Shown here: piece by piece, positions 1-8,521 of the stretch
Layout of the letters: each line of letters starts with the position of its first letter
How positions within the stretch are numbered: the stretch's first letter is position 1
IMG/VR virus record: IMGVR_UViG_3300025705_000005
Location: 1 to 64,000 of that record
Length of the DNA stretch: 64,000 bases
Strand: one strand, 5' to 3'
Source of the DNA: a virus
Notes under the pieces: model-generated
What the model saw: only the letters and a program-made list of their open reading frames with translations
The model's database searches: none
What the model was told of the DNA's origin: nothing
Program-made: the position numbers and the translations under genes

Positions 1-2700
1 AGATGGAACTGCTTTTTTAACATTATCAAATGCCCAATTAGAACTAATTGATGTTGTTGTAGCTCCATCGACAGGAGTATCGTGAATACCTCTCCAAGTA
101 TTATTATCCGTAGTTTTGTACCCAGCAGATGCGTGATTTCCCCACCCATATGCAGTATTCCAATTTGCTGAATTACCGCCACTAGCAGTTACTGTACCAC
201 TAGTCCAAATATTAGTACCCATAGCAGATTTTCCAGTACCATTGTCACACCATACCATTTGGTGTCCACCTGCCATTGTACCACCTGTGGTGTTATTTGT
301 ATGTTTATATGCTAGACCGTATAAGTTACCGAAGTTAGTACCGCTAGCATGGTTTTTATAAGCTGTTCCCATTGACCATATATGGTCTGTTTTATAAGAA
401 TCGTATGTACCAAAGATACCCTCATCTCTAGCAGTAGATACTAATCCACCTGAGAATGTATCATCAGCGTTTGATTTTAAGTATGTGGATGAATCAAGTG
501 CATCTAATTTGTTTTTTAATGTGGTTGTAAAGTTTTGTTGAGTCAATCCACCAGCACCAACTGAATAAGTGGTATTTGTATCTGTTGAACTGATTACACC
601 TTCAGAACTTATTGCTATATTAGTTCCTGCCGTTAATGCTTTAACTACATTTGTAGTATCTGTTGGGGTCGCTCCTGCAGTAATTCCATCTAATTTAGAT
701 TTTAAAGTAGTGGTAAAGTTCTTTTGTGTTAATCCACCATCACCTACGGAGTAAGTAGTGTTGTTATCAGATGCCCAAACTGCTGTTCCACTTGAAGAGT
801 ACTTTAGGAACTGTCCACTTGAACCACCCGTTGGTATATGGTTATTTCCAGCACCTGTTGGGTGAGAATAATTGTTTGCTGAAGTTGCTATTCCATCTAA
901 CTTAGTTTTTAATGTGGTTGTAAAATTCTTTTGTGTTAAACCGCCATCACCAACTGAATAAGTGGTGTTAGTATCTGTTGAACTGATTACACCACCACTG
1001 CTTATTGCTACATTAGTTCCTGCTGAGAAGTTAGCTCTTACTTGAGCTGCTGATAATTGTGTGTTTGTATCTGTATAGGTTTTGATATAACCCATTTTTT
1101 CTATATCACCATCACTTAGTTGGGTGTTTGTATTTGTAGATGAAATAACCCCGGTTGATGAGATTTGTACATTAGTTCCAGCACTTATTATTGAATTTCT
1201 AAAATTTGTAGGGGTTAAATATCTAAGATAGTCATCTTGTGAACAATATATACGAGTTAATGTCCCACTAGCAGTACCTGATGTTGTGTTTATCCACCCA
1301 GTATCTAAATAACCACTACTATTTGTTCTTACTACTCTATTTGCTACGTTATTTCTACCTGTATGTAAATCTAATCCATCTAATAAATTTGAATCTGCTG
1401 CTTTGCCTGATGTACTTAATTTTCCAGCCAATGCAGTTGTCATTGAACCTGCGAAATCAGCATCATCACCTAAAGATGCGGCTATTTCGTTTAATGTATC
1501 TAATGCTGCTGGAGCAGAATCAACTACTGCCTGAATAGCTGCATCTACTTGAGCTGATGTTCGGTATCCTGCTCCATTTGTTAATTGATTGTTGTTAGTT
1601 ACATTAGTTGCAGTTGTTGAAATAACACCTGTGCTATTATTATAAGATATTAGCCCAGTACCCGAAATCTTACCTCTTACATCTGCTGTTGATAACTGAG
1701 TATTATTATCCGTAGTTTTAAACCCAGCATCTGAAATTACTTTCGTAATGTCCTCATCACTTCGCTGAGTATTGGTATCAGTAAATAATGCGTTTGAAGG
1801 TACTGCTTTTTTAACATTATCAAATGCCCAATTAGAACTAATTGATGTTGTTGTAGCTCCATCGACTGGAGTATCGTGAATACCTCTCCAAGTATTATTA
1901 TCAGTCCAAGGAACGTTAACGTACATTTTCTCAGAACTAACTTCGACTGGGTAATTCTTTCCACTTTCAGCAAATCCAATTTTGAATCCACCTCTTGTCA
2001 ATGATGAACCAGCTGGAAGTGTGTATGTAAAGTTATTAGCGTCAGTTGCTCCTGTATATCCTAAATCTTTTAAAGTTAATGTTCTCGTAGCAACTGTTCC
2101 GTTTGCATCAGTAACGTGACCCGAAGTATCCGTTGTTATATTAAAATCTAAATCAGAAATTACAGTAGCACCTTCCAATGCAGTTGTATCGATGTTGATA
2201 TCATCACCAGGATGTGTTGGGTGAGTGTAAACTGTATTGTTATCAGTCCAAGGTACATTCACATACATTTTTTCTGAAGAAAGTTCGACTGGGTAATTCT
2301 TTCCACTTTCTGTGTAACCAATCTTAAATCCACCTCTTGTCGATGCAGTTCCTAATGGAAGTGAGTAATTGTTATATGTGTTTGAGTTAAATGCATTTGA
2401 ACCTAATGTGTGGTATTTAACAACCCCATTTGAATCTCTAGTTAAAAACTTTATTGAAGTATCCGATGTACTATCTAATGTCTCAGGACCTGTTAAAATA
2501 ACATTACCATCGAAGGTTGAAGTTCCATCTGCATTTACGTTTAGTATTGGTACTCCTGATATATCTGATACTGAGAATAAATCTCCAGTCAAATCATCAG
2601 TTATTGAGAATAATTGTCCTTGTGAGCCTTGTATATCTAATACTACCGAGCCCGAGCCTTCTACGATGAGACCCTTTTTTACTTTAAATTCATTTGCCAT
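1..2700 (-). CDS. Long tail fibre / adhesin, 3' end runs off the window (>=900 aa; not in the supplied ORF track)
   Basis: ATG at 2700 (MANEFKVKKGLIVEGSG...) preceded by AAGGT. The frame was open at every point checked down to base 1. It carries typical phage-fibre motifs: APAALDTLNEIAASLGDDADFA, NWNTAYGWGNHA, and repeated YSVGDGGLTQKNFTTTLKxKLD. Confidence 0.85.
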   Translation of the reverse strand, partial: MANEFKVKKGLIVEGSGSVVLDIQGSQGQLFSITDDLTGDLFSVSDISGVPILNVNADGTSTFDGNVILTGPETLDSTSDTSIKFLTRDSNGVVKYHTLGSNAFNSNTYNNYSLPLGTASTRGGFKIGYTESGKNYPVELSSEKMYVNVPWTDNNTVYTHPTHPGDDINIDTTALEGATVISDLDFNITTDTSGHVTDANGTVATRTLTLKDLGYTGATDANNFTYTLPAGSSLTRGGFKIGFAESGKNYPVEVSSEKMYVNVPWTDNNTWRGIHDTPVDGATTTSISSNWAFDNVKKAVPSNALFTDTNTQRSDEDITKVISDAGFKTTDNNTQLSTADVRGKISGTGLISYNNSTGVISTTATNVTNNNQLTNGAGYRTSAQVDAAIQAVVDSAPAALDTLNEIAASLGDDADFAGSMTTALAGKLSTSGKAADSNLLDGLDLHTGRNNVANRVVRTNSSGYLDTGWINTTSGTASGTLTRIYCSQDDYLRYLTPTNFRNSIISAGTNVQISSTGVISSTNTNTQLSDGDIEKMGYIKTYTDTNTQLSAAQVRANFSAGTNVAISSGGVISSTDTNTTYSVGDGGLTQKNFTTTLKTKLDGIATSANNYSHPTGAGNNHIPTGGSSGQFLKYSSSGTAVWASDNNTTYSVGDGGLTQKNFTTTLKSKLDGITAGATPTDTTNVVKALTAGTNIAISSEGVISSTDTNTTYSVGAGGLTQQNFTTTLKNKLDALDSSTYLKSNADDTFSGGLVSTARDEGIFGTYDSYKTDHIWSMGTAYKNHASGTNFGNLYGLAYKHTNNTTGGTMAGGHQMVWCDNGTGKSAMGTNIWTSGTVTASGGNSANWNTAYGWGNHASAGYKTTDNNTWRGIHDTPVDGATTTSISSNWAFDNVKKAVPS
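8..108. repeat. Fibre-module DNA repeat, copy A
   Basis: 101 bp with 1 mismatch to 1802..1902. Bases 1..88 match 5692..5779 with 1 mismatch. Encodes IHDTPVDGATTTSISSNWAFDNVKKAV. Confidence 0.9.
1802..1902. repeat. Fibre-module DNA repeat, copy B
   Basis: Near-identical to 8..108 and to the copy in the separate gene at 5692..5779. Confidence 0.9.
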
Positions 2701-2739
2701 AGTTGTTACCTTTCATTGTCCAGGTTATACATTATTTTA

Positions 2740-2747
2740 TATAAATA
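2740..2747 (-). promoter_or_regulatory. TATTTATA putative late-promoter element
   Basis: Recurrent intergenic octamer, 40 nt upstream of the fibre ATG. Confidence 0.6.
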
Positions 2748-2771
2748 TCTACTTTAGATATTAAACGTTTT

Positions 2772-3929
2772 TTATATTCCGAATCTTTTTCTATATGCGT
2801 TAAAGTTTTGTTTTACTTCTGAATCAGATAGTATTCTATTATATACTTTAAATATAGGAACATCCACATTACTATATGTTACACTTTGCCATCCACCTGG
2901 AACTGTACCTATGTACCAATTCATATTAGATGCGGCTGTAACTCCACCTTGAGAATTTGTGGTAGATGATTCTAAAACCCCATTGGTGTATATTTTCATA
3001 GCTTGAGTTGATTTGTTGTAACTAAAAGTACAAATATACCACTCATCAGCTGAAATTGTTGTTGTACCAGTTGGGTCATCAGTTCCCCACCCATGCATTT
3101 GAAATTTATTATTTTGTAATCCTAACCAAATTCTATTGGTGGCAGATGAACCATTTGCATAAACTGCTAGTGGTGAAAAATTAGAATAAGAACCATTCAT
3201 TTTAAATGCAATTTCAATTGTTTTAGCATCTGAAGTAATATCTGTAGAACCTGGTATTGTTAAAGAATCATCAGTGCCATCAAACTCAGGCTGGCCAGTT
3301 GAATCAAAACTTACATTTGATACATCTATATCAGTTGTTTTTTTTAGGTCTATGAGGGAAGTAGTAGATGAGCGGGTTCCGTCTACGTGTGGACTTACAT
3401 CACTTCCTAATTCATATTGAGGTGCTGTGAAATAAGCGATTCCGTTGGTTCTGTAGGCGTTAGCAATATTTCCATAATTAGTAACAGCATTGGTTACTGT
3501 TTGAGACAATCTAACCCATTCACCAATTGGGGGTGTTTGCGAGCTACCGTACGCCCATGGGTGCCAGTGTTGCCCAACAGTTACCGTACTTCCTGATTCT
3601 AAATAGCAATAAACACTATGTACATAATCACCACCTACTCCATTTACAACTTGGGATGTACCCATTATACCTTGATTCAATGCACCATCATTAGATTGTA
3701 ATTTATAAACTTCAAACCCTTGAACCTCAATTGGTGGTGGTACGGGTGGTGTTGCGTTTCTAGTAGCTGTTATGTCTCCACTGGTATAACTATGTGTGTT
3801 TTTATTCCAAGTATTAGCCGTAGGCTTACCTTTATAAAATCTAGTGCTTATAACATTATCAGCTACTCCATACCCAGTATCATATCCGAATACCAATCCA
3901 TCTGTTACTATATCTGGTCCTGTTTTCAT
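2772..3929 (-). CDS. LamG/concanavalin A-like lectin-domain virion protein
   Basis: N-terminal GPDIVTDGLV motif; LamG signature (FDGTDD...WYICTFSY...IYTNGV...FKVYNRILSDSEVKQNFNA); paralogous to 4272..4877. Confidence 0.75.
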   Translation of the reverse strand: MKTGPDIVTDGLVFGYDTGYGVADNVISTRFYKGKPTANTWNKNTHSYTSGDITATRNATPPVPPPIEVQGFEVYKLQSNDGALNQGIMGTSQVVNGVGGDYVHSVYCYLESGSTVTVGQHWHPWAYGSSQTPPIGEWVRLSQTVTNAVTNYGNIANAYRTNGIAYFTAPQYELGSDVSPHVDGTRSSTTSLIDLKKTTDIDVSNVSFDSTGQPEFDGTDDSLTIPGSTDITSDAKTIEIAFKMNGSYSNFSPLAVYANGSSATNRIWLGLQNNKFQMHGWGTDDPTGTTTISADEWYICTFSYNKSTQAMKIYTNGVLESSTTNSQGGVTAASNMNWYIGTVPGGWQSVTYSNVDVPIFKVYNRILSDSEVKQNFNAYRKRFGI

Positions 3930-3930
3930 A

Positions 3931-4260
3931 TTATTTCCCGTCTACTTCAGTTACCCAATTACTTCCCGTAAGTACATTTAGTATTTCTGTATGGTTGTAT
4001 TCACTATAAGATGAACTATAAATGTCAGGTCTCCCATATACACCTGCTTCAGTAGTATATGTAACCTCTTCGTTTGTTTCAGCATCTGTGTATGTAGTAT
4101 CAAAGGAAGAAGTTACTATATTTACTTCGTATTTTACAAACGTTAGTGTTCCATCATTAGATACTCTCAACTTATCAATTGATGATTGGTGTACTTGATT
4201 AAAGTCAATTGATTCTGTTAAGTTTGTTGGTATTACCAACCATCTTCTGTTTTCAAACAT
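3931..4260 (-). CDS. Small phage protein between two LamG genes
   Basis: 109 aa ORF, AGGGA upstream, tightly coupled to neighbours; IDFNQV...LRVSNDGTLTFVKY. Confidence 0.6.
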   Translation of the reverse strand: MFENRRWLVIPTNLTESIDFNQVHQSSIDKLRVSNDGTLTFVKYEVNIVTSSFDTTYTDAETNEEVTYTTEAGVYGRPDIYSSSYSEYNHTEILNVLTGSNWVTEVDGK

Positions 4261-4271
4261 AACTTTCCCTT

Positions 4272-4877
4272 TTATATTTCAAATCTACCTCTAAATGCAT
4301 TAAAGTTTTGTGTACTTTCGGCTGATGTAAGATTTTTATTATACATTTTAATCATAGCTATTTGATTATTACCAAAAGTGTAACTACCATATTGATTAAA
4401 ATGATGATTACTAGCAGCTGACATATTAACATTCTTAAATTCCATCATCATCCATTCATCTGTTCTTATAAAATCATATATGTTAGAACGTTGTGTTGTG
4501 TTTGTATGAAATGTAGGTGTACCATAAGTACCACTATTGTAAAATTTATTCCCTGAACGATATGCTCCTAAATAAGAACCACTTTCCCCATTGGTTGCCC
4601 AAAATAGAGCTTGGGCATCTGTTGTTCTCATCCAATATACTAAAGTACATTGGGTTGATGTTGTTATTGTTGCGTTTCTACTCGCCCCACCATCTGCTAA
4701 AGTGAAGTATCCATCAGAATTGTGAGTTATACCACTACCATCTAAAGTGAAATCAAAATTATTACCACTTAAATCATACCAAGTACTTCCGGCAGCAGGG
4801 TATGATTTTGTGTTAGCAGCATCTAATTGAAGAACTAACCCATCTTTAACTATATTTGGTCCTCTAAATATTGCCAT
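4272..4877 (-). CDS. LamG/concanavalin A-like virion protein
   Basis: GPNIVKDGLVLQLDAANTKSYP...WYDLSGN at the N-terminus and MYNKNLTSAESTQNFNAFRGRF at the C-terminus. Confidence 0.7.
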   Translation of the reverse strand: MAIFRGPNIVKDGLVLQLDAANTKSYPAAGSTWYDLSGNNFDFTLDGSGITHNSDGYFTLADGGASRNATITTSTQCTLVYWMRTTDAQALFWATNGESGSYLGAYRSGNKFYNSGTYGTPTFHTNTTQRSNIYDFIRTDEWMMMEFKNVNMSAASNHHFNQYGSYTFGNNQIAMIKMYNKNLTSAESTQNFNAFRGRFEI

Positions 4878-4878
4878 A

Positions 4879-6099
4879 TTATATCATCCTTGGTAAAACT
4901 TTAACTTTCCAATCATTTGATGTAACTGTAGCTCTGAATCTCATACTATCTGTATCAATATCACAAAATAGTTTTACATCAGAAGTATCTCCCAAATCAG
5001 CCGTTGATGTTTCCATAAATTCTACATTTGTACCATCATTTACAGCCGTTACTGTACCAGCTCTCATATTACCACTCTTTATGACTACATAATCAAAAAA
5101 TACTGCATTCCAAGGGCTAGTATAAACAGACATAATTGTTTCTGTCCCTATATCAATATTATCGTTTTCCTGTACAAACGGAATAGCATCTAATTTATCT
5201 TTTAATGTACTGGTAAAATTATGTTGTGTTAGTCCACCATTTCCAATTGCGTAAGTTGTATTTACAGAATTGATTTTAATGGTATTGTTAGTATCATCTT
5301 TAACTACAGTAGTGTTTGTACCATTAGTCCATTGAGCTGATGCTACATCTCTAATTTCTTCATCACTTCTTTGAGTATTTGTATCTGTATTTGTATCTGT
5401 TGATGAAAAAACAAATTCACCTGATGCTTTTTCTACTATAGTTACATTATCTCCACCGACTAAGTTGATATTTCCAGTACGATAAGTACCTGAATTATCT
5501 TTTCTGATTGAAGTTACAGTGTTGTCATTAGCATCTGATGTTGTTAGTGCAAACGTAGTACCATCTTGTTTAGTAAAGGTTGTAGTATCATTAGATACTG
5601 TAGCACTTACTACGGGGTTTACATTTTTTTCAATTGTATCTACAATTGATTGGTCACTTCGTTGAGTGTTTGTATCTGTAAACAATGCGTTAGATGGAAC
5701 TGCTTTTTTAACATTATCAAATGCCCAATTAGAACTAATTGATGTTGTTGTAGCTCCATCGACTGGAGTATCGTGAATAGCTCTTTGAGTGTTGTTATCA
5801 GTCCAAGGAACGTTAACAAACATCTTCTCCGAAGATATCTCAACAGGATAGTTTTTGCCACTCTCTGTGTATCCAATTTTAAATCCACCTCTTGTCGATG
5901 ATGAACCTAATGGTAATGAATAGTTATTATATGTGTTTGAATTAAATGCGTTTGAACCTAATTCTCTAGTTCCTACTACTCCACTACTATTAATCATTAA
6001 TGAAGTTGCTTCAGAAGATTGGGCTGAAGTTCCTGTTATTTTTAAGGTTGCTAGTTCAGCTGAAGAACCACTGGTTATTAGTTTTTTCCAATTTGGCAT
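4879..6099 (-). CDS. Tail fibre / fibre-linker protein
   Basis: MPNWKKLITSGS start. Shares the modules GGFKIGYTESGKNYPVE, SISSNWAFDNVKKAV and GGLTQHNFT with the 1..2700 fibre. Confidence 0.7.
   Translation of the reverse strand: MPNWKKLITSGSSAELATLKITGTSAQSSEATSLMINSSGVVGTRELGSNAFNSNTYNNYSLPLGSSSTRGGFKIGYTESGKNYPVEISSEKMFVNVPWTDNNTQRAIHDTPVDGATTTSISSNWAFDNVKKAVPSNALFTDTNTQRSDQSIVDTIEKNVNPVVSATVSNDTTTFTKQDGTTFALTTSDANDNTVTSIRKDNSGTYRTGNINLVGGDNVTIVEKASGEFVFSSTDTNTDTNTQRSDEEIRDVASAQWTNGTNTTVVKDDTNNTIKINSVNTTYAIGNGGLTQHNFTSTLKDKLDAIPFVQENDNIDIGTETIMSVYTSPWNAVFFDYVVIKSGNMRAGTVTAVNDGTNVEFMETSTADLGDTSDVKLFCDIDTDSMRFRATVTSNDWKVKVLPRMI
5692..5779. repeat. Fibre-module DNA repeat, copy C
   Basis: 88 bp, 1 mismatch to 1..88. 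Confidence 0.9.
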
Positions 6100-6119
6100 A
6101 ATTTCTTTTCCTTTTAGTT

Positions 6120-6181
6120 ATGGTTGGTTACTTACAAAATGTAAGCCCACTTCCCTTTCGGGCCAATATCTTTCGGATATT
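6120..6181 (-). ncRNA. Putative structured cis-regulatory RNA in the 5' UTR of 4879..6099
   Basis: Minus strand reads AAUAUC-CGAAA-GAUAU, UUGG/CCAA, CCC-GAAA-GGG, CUUAC-AUUUU-GUAAG, with a possible UGG/CCA pseudoknot. It is a GC-richer island in AT-rich intergenic DNA. Confidence 0.5.
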
Positions 6182-6185
6182 TAGT

Positions 6186-6193
6186 TATAAATA
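6186..6193 (-). promoter_or_regulatory. TATTTATA putative late-promoter element
   Basis: Lies just downstream of the 6215..6245 terminator and just upstream of the structured UTR. Confidence 0.6.
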
Positions 6194-6214
6194 TGTAATT
6201 ATTTATTATTAAAT

Positions 6215-6245
6215 AAAAAAACCCCTACATTTCTGTAGAGGTTTT
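6215..6245 (-). terminator. Intrinsic terminator
   Basis: AAAACCTCTACA-GAAA-TGTAGGGG-TTTTTTT directly after the 67-aa gene. Confidence 0.8.
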
Positions 6246-6257
6246 AATAATTACCTA

Positions 6258-6461
6258 TTAAGGTTTTAATAGTTGTTGTATTTTAACCGCCGTTTCGTAA
6301 ACAAGTTGAACATCACGCCCTTCAAAATTAGATTTGGCTATCAACTGTAAGAGGAATTCTAATTCTTCTTTGGATAACGTAATTTCTTTGTCTGTTTCTC
6401 CACTAAGGTTATTTCGTAAACTTTTAATATCTTTCATAATTTTTTCTATAACTTTTTTCAT
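6258..6461 (-). CDS. Small helical protein (possible fibre chaperone)
   Basis: 67 aa ORF directly after a fibre gene and followed by a terminator. The function is a positional guess. Confidence 0.5.
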   Translation of the reverse strand: MKKVIEKIMKDIKSLRNNLSGETDKEITLSKEELEFLLQLIAKSNFEGRDVQLVYETAVKIQQLLKP

Positions 6462-6471
6462 TAAAATTTAC

Positions 6472-7977
6472 TTACTCAGTATAAATCCAGATATCTTCTA
6501 ATTTATCAACATACATATTACCAGTTTTTGCATATCCTGCTACTTGTGCACCAACATTACCGTAATGTACTGCTACTGCGTATGCATCAGATGCTATTGA
6601 TGTTTGTCCTTCAGTTGCGCCTGATAAATCAAATGCCCATCTTCCCGCTGAGTTATCCCAACCAAAAGATGTACCAGCACCTTCGATAACTATACCACCA
6701 TCTACTGCAGTTTCTGTACCATCGGCTAAGTTAATGAATTGGTCTGTTACATTTAAGTTTGCCGTATCTACAGTTGTAGTTGTTCCACTTACAACTAAAT
6801 CACCAGTTACAACAAGTTTGTTTCCAATTGTTACTACATCAGTTGAATCACCAATTGATACTGCATTACTTGCAAATGGTCCTGCTAATCTAGTCTTTAA
6901 GTTTGCTACAGATACATCTACATCTGTATTTGTTACTTTAGCGTTGTTAAGAACATGCTCATCAAATATTGCTTTGGTCATAATACCAGCATTAGTTGTT
7001 GTTGCCGCACCAATTGAAGCGTTAGTACCATCTGAAGAGTTAATTCTTACTGCAGTAGCACTAAGTGTAGTTGATAAATCTGTAGTTACGTTTGATACTT
7101 TAGCTTTGTTAGCGTTTACGACATCAAATAAACCCGATGTCATTATACCAGCTGCATCAGTTGTGGCTGCAGTTATCTCTGCATCCGTTCCATCTGAAGA
7201 TTTTACTGTTACTGTAGTTGCAGTTACTGCAGTAGATAAATTTGTAGTTACGTTTGATACTTTAGCGTTGTTAAGAACATGCTCATCAAATATTGCTTTT
7301 GACATTACACCTGATACAGATGTTGTAGCGATTGGGATAACTGCATTAGTACCATCAGATGATACGATTGTTCTAGCCCCAGTTGTTCCAGTAATACTTA
7401 AATTTGTAGTTACGTTTGTTGCTTTAGCTTTGTTAGCTTCTACGATATCAAATAAAGCCGATGTCATTATACCAGCTGCTTCAGTTGTTGCTGAAGTCAA
7501 TTCTGCATCTGTTCCATCTGAAGATGTTATTGTTATCTTATCAGTAGCTACTTCTGCAGCTAAATCAGTTTTTACGTTTGTATTTTTAGCAGTGTTTGCT
7601 ACAATCTCATCAAATTTTGCTTTTGTTAATACACCCGCAGCTGTTGTTGATGCTGCTCCTATTGCAACATTAGTACCATCAGATGAATTTATTGTAACGT
7701 CTGATGTAGTTACTGTTTTAGATAAGTTAGTAGAAACGTTTGCCGTTGTAAATGGTAGCTGAGAGATATTGATAAATTTCTCTACACCTGCATCCGATAA
7801 TATTAATTTGTCTGTGGCTGCTACGGTTATTGCCGTACCATCCGTAAATGATTCGATATTTATCGAACCTGCGGGCACATTTGTTAGTGCCGAACCATCT
7901 CCACTAAAGAATGATGCAGTTACTGTATTTAGTTCTGCATTACTTCCGGAGACAATTACTTTTTTCCAATTAGCCAT
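6472..7977 (-). CDS. Repeat-containing tail fibre protein
   Basis: MANWKKVIVSGS start; five ~52-aa repeats (T-N/D-L...SSDGT...A.TT..AGxxxxxxFD...N.AK..NV); LVVTGDLVVSGTTTTVDT fibre motif; GAGGA SD. Confidence 0.75.
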   Translation of the reverse strand: MANWKKVIVSGSNAELNTVTASFFSGDGSALTNVPAGSINIESFTDGTAITVAATDKLILSDAGVEKFINISQLPFTTANVSTNLSKTVTTSDVTINSSDGTNVAIGAASTTAAGVLTKAKFDEIVANTAKNTNVKTDLAAEVATDKITITSSDGTDAELTSATTEAAGIMTSALFDIVEANKAKATNVTTNLSITGTTGARTIVSSDGTNAVIPIATTSVSGVMSKAIFDEHVLNNAKVSNVTTNLSTAVTATTVTVKSSDGTDAEITAATTDAAGIMTSGLFDVVNANKAKVSNVTTDLSTTLSATAVRINSSDGTNASIGAATTTNAGIMTKAIFDEHVLNNAKVTNTDVDVSVANLKTRLAGPFASNAVSIGDSTDVVTIGNKLVVTGDLVVSGTTTTVDTANLNVTDQFINLADGTETAVDGGIVIEGAGTSFGWDNSAGRWAFDLSGATEGQTSIASDAYAVAVHYGNVGAQVAGYAKTGNMYVDKLEDIWIYTE

Positions 7978-8029
7978 TTTGTTTTTCCTCTTAGTTGTTT
8001 GTTAAACTGTTTGTTATGTATATTACCGT

Positions 8030-8037
8030 TATAAATA
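8030..8037 (-). promoter_or_regulatory. TATTTATA putative late-promoter element
   Basis: Recurrent intergenic octamer upstream of 6472..7977. Confidence 0.55.
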
Positions 8038-8057
8038 TACAGTTATTATTATTACCC

Positions 8058-8498
8058 TTATAAATATATAAAAAAGTTACTACCACTTACTGCGGTATCA
8101 CCTTGTACTCCAGCTGATAAGGTTGCTTTTGATGGTACTTTTAAATCCCCACCATCTCTTACCGATATTCTATCTACATTAAATACACCATCCTTATCAA
8201 CATATACCTTATCAGTACCACCAATTTTTATTGTAAATACATTTTCAGTTGGCGATTGATTTGATACTAAAGTTAATGATGATGTTACTGCTCCAGTTAA
8301 TTCAACTGAACCTGTTATCTGTGCGTTAGTAGTTACAATTGATTCTAATGAATCAGAACCATTATTTTTTTTAAAAAATAACTTACCATCAAATGTATTT
8401 ACAGCAAGCTCACCTAAAGATAAAGAACCTACATCAGGTACTCTACTTTCAGTATCACTTCGTTTTAATTGTATTCTATTTGCTATATTTGATGCCAA
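8058..8498 (-). CDS. Short fibre protein with Mtd_N-like N-terminal domain
   Basis: TTG start with AGGAG SD; RIQLKRS...P..GSLSLGELAVNTFDGKLFFK is a common phage-fibre N-terminal domain. Confidence 0.7.
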   Translation of the reverse strand: MASNIANRIQLKRSDTESRVPDVGSLSLGELAVNTFDGKLFFKKNNGSDSLESIVTTNAQITGSVELTGAVTSSLTLVSNQSPTENVFTIKIGGTDKVYVDKDGVFNVDRISVRDGGDLKVPSKATLSAGVQGDTAVSGSNFFIYL

Positions 8499-8521
8499 CT
8501 CAATCTCCTAAATAAAATTTA

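Noticed and set aside
1-5779. Fibre repeats as template/variable repeats of a diversity-generating retroelement
   Set aside because: All copies lie inside ORFs and differ by one synonymous base rather than many adenine-specific changes. No reverse transcriptase is present in the window.
1737-5888. Two similar minus-strand ORFs 1737..1991 and 5640..5888 as a duplicated small gene
   Set aside because: They are alternative-frame readings of the repeated fibre module inside longer genes.
6120-6181. Structured leader as a tRNA
   Set aside because: Despite the CCA-like end there is no cloverleaf, T-loop or anticodon arm. It is kept only as a putative cis-regulatory RNA.
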